64,000 nt of DNA, taken from the NCBI GenBank assembly GCA_050255815.1, contig JBLMVJ010000035.1, forward strand, positions 10,727-74,726. The letters are read 5' to 3'. Both the position numbers and the translations under genes were made by a program. Source of the stretch: Candidatus Levyibacteriota bacterium. Its GTDB lineage: Bacteria; Patescibacteriota; Microgenomatia; Levybacterales; GWA1-39-11. The notes below the pieces were generated by a model. It was not told the origin of the DNA, made no database searches, and worked only from the letters and a program-made list of their open reading frames with translations. Of the stretch, positions 28,896-37,360 are shown in pieces (the stretch's first letter is position 1; each line of letters opens with the position of its first letter).

Positions 28896-29681
28896 ATGCA
28901 TTACCTAAAGATCTTAAAAGCGCTGATAGTCATTAACACCGCATACGCGTTAGAGTACAAGGCGCATTTTGTGGCCCAGGTTTTTGCAAGCCTGGCCTGG
29001 GGCGTATTTTCCGTGGTCAACATGATCCTTTTGACGTACCGCGTCCACTCTGCTTTTGGCTGGAGCAGGAATGAGCTCATCCTTCTTTCCGTTATGGTTA
29101 ATGTAGTCTATGGCATCCACCGTATGTTGTTTGATGTAAACTTCTGGAGATTCTCCCGGATTATCCATTATGGAGAAATGGACATGGTGCTGTTAAAGCC
29201 CGTGGACTCCCAGTTCCAAATGAGCATGTGGATCATAGATATTAGCGGTATCTTCAGATTTTTAGTTGCCCTAGCGCTCACCTTTATCCTGGTTTTTGCC
29301 ATGCACTTTCCTATTTCTCTGACAAGTGTGTTGATTGCCACTATTTTAAGCCTGGCCGGTGTGGTCCTTCTCTATGCTTTCACCTATATCTTCCTAACCC
29401 TCACCATCTGGTTCTCTAACCTCTCTAACCTGATGGGACTGGTGAATAATATCCTTTCTATGTCCCGGTATCCAAAAGAAATGTATGAAGGATTAGGCAC
29501 CTACTTTTTCTTTTTTCTCTTGCCTTTAATTGTTATAATAAGCACTCCTACAAAAGCTCTCATCCAAAAGGGGAACCTGTTAGATAGTCTGCTTTTAGTA
29601 CTCTTTACTATCCTATTTTTTGCAATCTCAAGGGTGTTCTGGAAATTCGCCCTGCGGTTCTATGTCAGTGCTTCAGGATAA
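28896..29681 (+). CDS. ABC-2 type transporter permease (type 2 of a pair)
   Basis: Six TM segments. Resembles the 30671-31453 product (C-termini YVSASG versus YTSASS). Confidence 0.7.
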   Translation: MHYLKILKALIVINTAYALEYKAHFVAQVFASLAWGVFSVVNMILLTYRVHSAFGWSRNELILLSVMVNVVYGIHRMLFDVNFWRFSRIIHYGEMDMVLLKPVDSQFQMSMWIIDISGIFRFLVALALTFILVFAMHFPISLTSVLIATILSLAGVVLLYAFTYIFLTLTIWFSNLSNLMGLVNNILSMSRYPKEMYEGLGTYFFFFLLPLIVIISTPTKALIQKGNLLDSLLLVLFTILFFAISRVFWKFALRFYVSASG

Positions 29682-29684
29682 ACA

Positions 29685-29758
29685 GGAAATTAATAGATAT
29701 TCATAGAAATTAAGAAATTGATTGTAATTACACAATTTAGTTTCCATGAATTTCGCGA
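29685..29758. repeat. 74-nt GAAATT-rich intergenic element, copy 1
   Basis: About 95% identical to 48527-48599, read directly. Confidence 0.85.
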
Positions 29759-29792
29759 CCGTAGGGAGCTTATTTCCAAAAATTTCTTTCTT

Positions 29793-30587
29793 ATGTATAA
29801 ATATTTCCGTATCTTCACCAATGTCTGGGGCAAAGCCCTTTCTTACCGGGTCAACTTTATCATGTGGCGTGTCCGTGTGGTGCTCCAACTTCTAACGTTA
29901 TTCTTTTTGTGGTCTACTATTCTCACCAACAGGACTGCTATCTTTGGCTACTCTACTTCCCAAATGCTCACGTACATTTTAGGCACTTCGCTCATTTCTT
30001 CTGTAGTTTTGTCCAGCCGCACTTTTGAAGTAGGAGACCAGATAAATGACGGTACGCTTTCTAATTTTCTGATCAAACCCATGTCCTACATAAAATACTG
30101 GTTCTTTTATGACCTGGGGGATAAAGCCAGCAACATATTTTTCTCTATAATCGAATTAACGATAATCATCTTTCTGTTCCGTCCGCCCCTTTATGTCCAA
30201 ACCAATCCCACCTATCTCATGTTTACCCTGGTTTCCGCGTTTTTAGCATTACTTTTATACTTTTACTTTGGCTTTTTACTGGGGCTTTTAGGATTCTGGA
30301 GCAATGAAGTGTGGGGACCACGCTTTATTTTCTTTATCATCATTAACTTTTTTGCCGGCGCTATGTTCCCGCTGGATGCGCTGCCAAAACAAGTGGTAAG
30401 CGTTCTCCAGCTTTTCCCATTCCCGTACCTTCTATACTTTCCGCTGAAGATTTATTTAGGAAAGATTTCTTTCCCGTTGATTATTCAAGGGCTCTTCATC
30501 TGTTCCGTGTGGATGGTAGGATTGTATTTTATTTGTAAATTTATCTGGTTAAAAGGATTGAAATTGTATGGGGCGCAAGGGAGATGA
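29793..30587 (+). CDS. ABC-2 type transporter permease (second type 1 copy)
   Basis: The listed ORF (29718) begins inside the repeat element. ATG 29793 (MYKYFRIF) is preferred. Confidence 0.65.
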   Translation: MYKYFRIFTNVWGKALSYRVNFIMWRVRVVLQLLTLFFLWSTILTNRTAIFGYSTSQMLTYILGTSLISSVVLSSRTFEVGDQINDGTLSNFLIKPMSYIKYWFFYDLGDKASNIFFSIIELTIIIFLFRPPLYVQTNPTYLMFTLVSAFLALLLYFYFGFLLGLLGFWSNEVWGPRFIFFIIINFFAGAMFPLDALPKQVVSVLQLFPFPYLLYFPLKIYLGKISFPLIIQGLFICSVWMVGLYFICKFIWLKGLKLYGAQGR

Positions 30588-30670
30588 GAATGTATCAAGT
30601 GTTAAGTAGCAAGTAGTATGTATTTTCTTGTGTCTCTTTGACTCTTTTGTAACCTTTGACTCTCATAATT

Positions 30671-31453
30671 ATGTCTAAATATTTTAAAATCTGGTTCACT
30701 TCTATGCTGCACCAGGCGCAGACTGCGTTTGCGTCCCGCCTGGGGGTGGTAGTGTTTTTAGTGGGAAAGCTCTTGCGCTTCTACTTTTTCCTCCTCTTCC
30801 TCTTTTTAATAGTCCATCAAACAAAAAGCATAGCGGGATATTCTCTATGGGAAGTAATTTTTTTCTATGCAACGTTTAATTTAATAGATTCTTTTCCCCA
30901 AATGGTCCTCCGATCTGTCTATGGATTTAGGAATTATGTAGTGTCAGGATTTTTTGATTTTTATATGGTCCAACCAGTCTCCCCCCTATTTAGGTCACTT
31001 TTTGGCGGTTCTGATATTCTTGATATCCCAATGCTATTTTTATCTATTGGATATATTATTTATTCTTCATTTATGCTACCCCATTTTTCAATCACCGGCG
31101 TCTTTTTATACATCTTACTGATCTTAAATGCCTTTATTATCTCTTTAGCATTCCATATTCTGGTCTTATCTATTGGGGTTATAAGCACGGAGGTGGATAA
31201 TACGGTAATGCTCTACCGGGACCTGACACAAATGGGAAGGCTGCCTATAGATATTTATAAACAAGCAGTAAGTTTTATCCTGACGTTTGTAATTCCCGTG
31301 GGAGTTATGATCACGTTTCCCGTAAAAGCGCTTCTGGGCGCACTTTCTCTCCAATTCATAGGATACTCTGTGGTATTTTCCGTGGTATTTCTTACGCTCT
31401 CACTCTTTCTCTGGACAAAGTCATTGAAAAATTACACCAGTGCCAGCAGCTAA
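30671..31453 (+). CDS. ABC-2 type transporter permease (second type 2 copy)
   Basis: The listed start is TTG 30656. ATG 30671 (MSKYFKIW) is preferred. Confidence 0.65.
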   Translation: MSKYFKIWFTSMLHQAQTAFASRLGVVVFLVGKLLRFYFFLLFLFLIVHQTKSIAGYSLWEVIFFYATFNLIDSFPQMVLRSVYGFRNYVVSGFFDFYMVQPVSPLFRSLFGGSDILDIPMLFLSIGYIIYSSFMLPHFSITGVFLYILLILNAFIISLAFHILVLSIGVISTEVDNTVMLYRDLTQMGRLPIDIYKQAVSFILTFVIPVGVMITFPVKALLGALSLQFIGYSVVFSVVFLTLSLFLWTKSLKNYTSASS

Positions 31454-31456
31454 TGA

Positions 31457-32062
31457 CTATTTGTTGTACTTGCTCATATAGAGGTCTATGCCGTGTTTTA
31501 CAATAAGCGCTACATCTTTCACCGTCTGGTTCACCATAGTCCTGGTTTTACTCTTATCTGCTGCGGTAAATGCTGCCAGAACATAGCCGCCAACCACCTC
31601 TGAAGTTTGGTTTTTTCCGCGTACTTGGCCTGTTCTACCCGGATGGCCAATACCCAACCGGATCCTGAGGAATTTATCCGTACCCAAGCGTTCTAAAATA
31701 GACTCTACTCCATTATGGCCACCTGATGCCCCGCCAAACCTAATCCTGATTTTCCCCAGGGGTAAATCCAGGTCATCATGGACTATGCAAATATCTTCAG
31801 GTTTTATTTTAAAATAAGAAGAATATAATTGGATTGCTTCACCGGAATTATTCATGAAAGTGGTAGGCTTGAGAAGCACTATTTTCTCCCCTTCTATTTC
31901 TACTTCTGCGGTTAGTGATTTAAACTTTTTCTCTTCACTCCATTCCGTCTTTTTCAATTTTGTATACTTCTTGAGGATAGTGTCCAACGCAATAAATCCC
32001 ACATTATGGCGGGTATTTTCATACTTCTCACCGGGATTTCCAAGACCTACTATTAGCTTCAC
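31457..32062 (-). CDS. pth: peptidyl-tRNA hydrolase
   Basis: MKLIVGLGNPGEKYENTRHNVGF N-terminus and GGHNG motif. Confidence 0.9.
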   Translation of the reverse strand: MKLIVGLGNPGEKYENTRHNVGFIALDTILKKYTKLKKTEWSEEKKFKSLTAEVEIEGEKIVLLKPTTFMNNSGEAIQLYSSYFKIKPEDICIVHDDLDLPLGKIRIRFGGASGGHNGVESILERLGTDKFLRIRLGIGHPGRTGQVRGKNQTSEVVGGYVLAAFTAADKSKTRTMVNQTVKDVALIVKHGIDLYMSKYNK

Positions 32063-32195
32063 GAATCAATTATATCACGCAAAATTAAGAAAAATGTGAT
32101 GTTTGTCACAGAAAACTAACAGGGAATGAAATATTCGAGTTAATAAGACCTTTCCGCGCTAAAACGTGGACTTCGCCTGCTTTTTGAAAAAAGTT

Positions 32196-33350
32196 TTAAT
32201 AATTTTTGCCGGGGTTGGTGATGAGGACTTCATGGGGGTGGGATTCCGTAAGGGAGGCCTGGGTAATCTGGATGAAACGGACCTTTTTCTGCAATTCAGG
32301 AATAGTCTTTGCTCCTACATAAAACATGCCGGACTTCATACCACCTATTGCCTGGCTCAGAATGTCTTGTAGGTTTCCTTTTACCGGTACCAGTCCCTCT
32401 ACCCCTTCAGCAACTAGTACTTTATCTTTATAAGATTTACCGTGGTACTCATCCTCACTCTTTATTTTTGCCCCGTGCTGCATAGCGCCAACAGACCCCA
32501 TTCCCCGGTAAGATTTAAAGCGGTAAACTTTCTGATCTTTCTTCCAGATACTCTTAAAACGGGTCGGGACATTTTCCGCAGTTAATTCTATTACCTCTCC
32601 CGGCGCTTCTTCTGTGGAAGCAAAAAAGGAACCCATCATAACCGTTTCAGCGCCTGCTGCAAGGGCTTTCACCATGTCACCTGAGTACTTGATACCCCCG
32701 TCTGCAATAACCGGCACCCCATGCTTTTTAGCGGCCCTTACGGTTTCCATAATGGCAGTTATCTGAGGAACTCCCATCCCTGAGATAATCCGGGTAGTAC
32801 AAATGGCACCAGGACCCATCCCTACTCTCAATGAATCTGCTCCTGCTTTACATAAATCTTCTGCTGCGTCATATGTAGCAATATTTCCTATAATAAGCTC
32901 TACTTTTGGATAATTCTTTTTGATAAATTTGGTGGCTTCTATGAATTTATTAGTCCACCCGTGTGCTGAGTCTAGCACTATAACATCTGCGCCTGCTTTC
33001 AGAAGTGCTTCCAAACGTTCTTTGTAACCGTCCGAAACACCAATAGCAGCACCTACTAAAAGCTTCTCTTTCTTTACCTGATAAACTTCTTCTGCTTGTC
33101 TTATAGGAGTGAGATTTCTATGGATAATTCCTATACCACCTAATTTTGCCAGCCCTATGGCCAGCTCAGATTCAGTTACGGTATCCATGGGAGCGGAAAC
33201 AAAGGGAGATTGTAAAGAGATTTTTTTAGTTAAACGGGTGGAAAGGTCTATATCAGAACGGGAAAAATCAGAATAACCGGGGGTAAGCAAAACATCATCA
33301 AAGGTGAGACCTACGGGAAGTTGATTTAGGGTACCAGAAGTAGCTGCCAT
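32196..33350 (-). CDS. guaB: IMP dehydrogenase family enzyme lacking the CBS (Bateman) subdomain
   Basis: [20 protein letters not shown], catalytic-loop [11 protein letters not shown], and [12 protein letters not shown]. Only 384 aa, with a short linker where the CBS pair normally sits. Confidence 0.8.
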   Translation of the reverse strand: MAATSGTLNQLPVGLTFDDVLLTPGYSDFSRSDIDLSTRLTKKISLQSPFVSAPMDTVTESELAIGLAKLGGIGIIHRNLTPIRQAEEVYQVKKEKLLVGAAIGVSDGYKERLEALLKAGADVIVLDSAHGWTNKFIEATKFIKKNYPKVELIIGNIATYDAAEDLCKAGADSLRVGMGPGAICTTRIISGMGVPQITAIMETVRAAKKHGVPVIADGGIKYSGDMVKALAAGAETVMMGSFFASTEEAPGEVIELTAENVPTRFKSIWKKDQKVYRFKSYRGMGSVGAMQHGAKIKSEDEYHGKSYKDKVLVAEGVEGLVPVKGNLQDILSQAIGGMKSGMFYVGAKTIPELQKKVRFIQITQASLTESHPHEVLITNPGKNY

Positions 33351-33355
33351 GATTA

Positions 33356-33384
33356 ATGATACAGCACGCTCCCTGTATTGTCAA
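33356..33384 (-). promoter_or_regulatory. sigma70-like promoter abutting the guaB-like start (leaderless geometry)
   Basis: On the minus strand: TTGACA (33384-33379), 17-nt spacer, TATCAT (33361-33356), then 5 nt to the ATG at 33350. Confidence 0.45.
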
Positions 33385-33479
33385 TAATAGTAGATGAAAG
33401 GGAAATCGCAGGGAAAGTGGAGGTAAAACACTTCACTCGCTAATAATTGGAAGAATAACTAAACCGATTTTGCTCCTCA

Positions 33480-33575
33480 GTCCTGGCCTTGACCTTAGGC
33501 GCGCAGTCCCAAAGGGGGACGAGCACCGCAAGTCAAGCAACTGGAATGGAAACAAAACAGTACAAATGTAGTAGA
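33480..33575 (-). pseudogene. degenerate 5S rRNA-like tandem copy
   Basis: The 36-nt segment 33461-33496 repeats 33579-33614 (the 5S 3' end plus trailer) with 4 mismatches. In between are a helix IV-like hairpin and a CCATTCC loop-C-like remnant. Confidence 0.3.
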
Positions 33576-33598
33576 TGATAAACCGGCTTTGCCCTTCA

Positions 33599-33719
33599 GT
33601 CCTGGCCTTGACCTATCTTCCCATGTTGTGTAACAACAAAGTATTGTGAGCGCTGACGTGTTTCACTTCTCTGTTCGGAATGGGAAGAGGTGGGACCACA
33701 TCGCTCTAAAGACCAAGAC
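33599..33719 (-). rRNA. rrf: 5S rRNA
   Basis: The reverse complement reads TCTTGGTC...GGTCCCACCTCTTCCCATTCCGAACAGAGAAGTGAAAC...GGCCAGGA, with helix I pairing between the termini. Confidence 0.85.
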
Positions 33720-34000
33720 TCAAGAGCAAAACCGGTAAGATCCGAATCTACTCGAATAGTTTGGGGTAACTTCTAGGCTACCCCATTCTTCTCGAATATT
33801 TCGAATTAACATTAACAAACACTAGCGCATTCGAATTGATTCGATTTAAATTCGAACCATTCGAGAATGATTTCTTAGAATCCACGCTATTTGGATCGAC
33901 CTATTAGTACAACTTCGCTGAAACAGTTACCTGTCTTACACGTGTTGCCTATCAACCTGATGGTCTCTCAGGGGTCTAAAAGAGATCTTATCTTAGGGTG

Positions 34001-34033
<33 letters not shown>

Positions 34034-34268
34034 CATGGAAATCTAGCTACCCAGCAGTGCACTTGTAAGTACAACTGGCACACCAGGGATTTCCTCACCC
34101 CAGTCCTCTCGTACTAGGGGCGACTCCCTTCAAATCTCAAACGGTTGTCCTGGATAGAGTCCGAACTGTCTTACGACGTTCTTAACCCAGCTCGCGTACC
34201 TTTTTAACTGGCGAACAGCCAGACGCTTGGGAGCTTCTCCACCCCCGCGCTAAGATGAGCCGACATCG

Positions 34269-34698
34269 CTGTCAATCCAATCAGTAATTAAGAAAGACTT
34301 AAAAACTTAAAACTGATGGTGATACTCTTGTTACCAAGAGCCTCTGACTATACCTTCATCCGCCAACTGGCGGAGCTAGTCGTATGATACAGATTATAAA
34401 TTTCTCTTTATGAGATGAATCCATATCTCACCCTCTCACCTATGCTGGTGAGGGGTTCAGTCGATAGGGTCCAAAAGAAATTTAAAATTCAGAAGTTAAA
34501 ATTCAGAATTAAATTCTTAATTCTGAAATCTGAATTCTTAACTCTATTTGAACCTCGGTATTACCCTCTTGTGTTCAGAAAGTAGGGTTTCACCGATTTG
34601 GACTAGTTATTTAAATTATTAGTACCTTGTTTTTTGACTCAAATACTAATAAATACAGGCAAGAGTATTACTACTCAGGCGCCCCGATATTTTCATAT
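34269..34698 (-). mobile_element. group I-type intron (430 nt, no ORF) after the E. coli U2500 equivalent
   Basis: Exon junction is GGCACCU | CGAUGUCGGCUC. The 5' exon ends in U and the intron ends in G. GATGAAGGTATAGTC (reverse complement of 34346-34360) resembles the group I J8/7-P7 core. Confidence 0.7.
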
Positions 34699-34742
34699 AA
34701 GGTGCCAAACCGCATCGTCGCTGTGGACGCTTGGATGCGATC

Positions 34743-34775
<33 letters not shown>

Positions 34776-35230
34776 AAGCTACGTCCCAACCACTAAGGAA
34801 CGCAGGATCACTAACACCTGCTTTCGCACCTGCTCGACTTGTAGGTCTCGCAGTCAAGCTGGCTTGTGCGTTTGCACAATACGCTCCGATTTCCGTCCGG
34901 AGTTAGCCAACCTTTGTACGCCTCCGTTGCACTTTAGGAGGCAACCTCCCCAGTTAAACTGCCCACCAGACACTGTCTTTTAGCCGTATTTTTATGCGGC
35001 ATTAAAGTAATGCTCACTCATCTTAAAGAGAGGTATTTCATTGATGACCGAAGTCTCCCTCCTATACTAAACAGTTAAAATAAGCTTGCAAATGTCAAGC
35101 TACAGTAAAGCTCCCGGGGTCTTTTTGTCCTAGGACAACCAGGCCGCGTCTTCACAGCCATCTCAATTTCGCCGTGTAAATGTTCAAGACAGTTACTCAG
35201 TCGTTCTACCTTTCGTGCGGGTCGGAACTC

Positions 35231-35548
35231 CATTGTTTTAATGTTCCAACATGGAACCTCACAGTCGCCTGTGAGATCGGACTATATCTTTCCCTTACCA
35301 AATTGGTGAGGGATCTAGCGTCTAGTCTCTGAGGGTTTTCCGATAAATCGGAATCTTCCCTGCTGATTGGCTCCACCAAGCAGATTTTTACTCTTACGAG
35401 TACTGTTGGATACTGAGCTGTTCCAGCAAATAGCTAGATTTTACACTCATTTAGGTTAACGATTGTGTTCTTACGTGACTGTTTTGCTTGTTCCTGATGT
35501 GTATCCCGATTAGATCGGGACTCGGGCAAGTTGATTTGACCCAAACCA
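35231..35548 (-). mobile_element. group I-type intron (~318 nt, no ORF) after the E. coli U1951 equivalent
   Basis: Exon junction is UCCUUGUCGGGU | (G)AGUUCCGACC. The 5' exon ends in U and the intron ends in G. AAGATATAGTCC (reverse complement of 35279-35290) and GAGACTAGACG core-like motifs are present. Confidence 0.65.
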
Positions 35549-36885
35549 ACCCGACAAGGAACTTCGCTACCATAGAACAGTTATAGTTACTGCTGCCGTT
35601 CACCGGAGCTTTAGAAAGCGGCTCCACCTTGCGGTTTCACCACCCACTATTGACTTACCGGCACTGGGCAGGTGTCAGCCCCTATACGTTACCTTTCGGT
35701 TTTGCAGGGACCTGTGTTTTAGATAAACAGTCGCTAAGTAATCTTTTGCTTAACCTGGATGTTACTCCAGGCAGGGCATCTCCCATAGGTTACGCCCAGC
35801 TTTTGTTGCCGAGTTCCTTGAACATTTGTCTCACGGTCGCCTTAGTCTACTCGACCAATCCACCTGTGTCGGTTATGCGGTACGGCAAAATATAGCACTC
35901 CTCACGAATCTTTTCCTGAAGACTGAAACTTACGATCCTCACCCTACTTTCTTGCGATTTCAGATTTGCATTCGCCACTTAATTAAACACTTTGACGGAT
36001 TTGCCCATCAAAACTATCTTATGGCTTGGACCCTGTTTACAGGGCGATCCTTTCCACTCTTGTCCATCCTTGAGTAATAACGCACTATACTCTGTAGCAG
36101 AATATTAACTGCTTGTCCATCCGGCTACCCCGCGCTTTATGACGGGCCACCGTTAGGAGCCGACTAACGCTGCGCTGACTTACATTGCGCAGCAAACCTT
36201 GGATTTTCGGCGGACGCCGTTCTCAGGCGTCATTCGCTACTCATGCCGGCATTCTCACTTGTAAACGCTCCACCATACCTTACAGTACAGCTTCGCTGCA
36301 TTTACGACGCTCCCCTACCACTTGCTCCGATAAATCGGAGTCAAATCTCCATCGTCGGTATTAAGCTTAATCCTCGATCATTTCCGGCGCCATTCTCCAA
36401 TGTCGACTAGTGAGCTGTTACGCTTTCTTTAAAGGATGGCTGCTTCTGAGCCAACCTCCTAGCTGTCTATGGAAAATGACTTCCTTATCAACTTAGCTTA
36501 AATTTAGAGACCTTAGATGGGAGTCTGGGCTGTTTCCCTTTAGACCCACGAGCTTAGCCCCGCAAGTCTGACTCTCTATTAAGTTTTTACGGTATTCGGA
36601 GTTTGATTGATCCTGAAAAGTTGCCTCTCCAGAGACCATTCAGTGCTCTACCCCCGTAAAAACATACAAAAGGCTATACCAAAATATATTTCGGGGAGAA
36701 CCAGCTATCTCCAGGTTCGTTTAGTATGTCACCCCTTACCACAAGTCGTCTCAGATCATTGCTGCGATCACGAGTTCGGGCCTTCCTCATCCTTTCGAAC
36801 AAGTTCACCCTGCTCATGGTAAGCTCACCTGGTTTCGGGTCTTTTGCAATGCGCATTTAGGTATCCCAGTTAGAGATCGCTTTCA

Positions 36886-36992
36886 CTATGCCTCCCCCCT
36901 CACCTTTCCAACGAAAATTCCAACCTTTGTTTTAAATCGAGCTTGTTTCGATAATATTTCAAAGTGGTAATCCTCATTAGAATGGTGAGGGG
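36886..36992 (-). other. 107-nt stem-closed expansion/insertion in the 23S domain II helix-25 region
   Basis: Closed by cccctcacc (36886-36894) pairing with ggtgagggg (36984-36992). Absent from the E. coli and B. subtilis sequence as I recall it. Confidence 0.5.
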
Positions 36993-37360
36993 TTAGACTG
37001 CGCAATACAAAAACTCACCGGCTCATTCTTCAATAGGCACGACGTTATACCCTTGCGGGCACTTCGTCTGCTTGTTAGCTAATAGTTTCAGTAACTCTTT
37101 CATTCCCCTCCCGGGGTGCTTTTCACCTTTCCCTCGCGGTACTAGTTCACTATCGGTAGATGTTGATATTTAGCTTTGGAGCGTGGTCGCCCCGGCTTCC
37201 CACAGGGTTTAATCGTACCCCATGGTACTCAGGAACAGGCAAGAAGTGAAAATCATTTCAAATACGGGACTATCACCCTCTTTGGTCTCTTTTTCCAAAA
37301 CGTTCTTCTATGATTTCCATTTGTGACTTCTTTTGCATTTAAGCAAGCCGTCCTACAACC

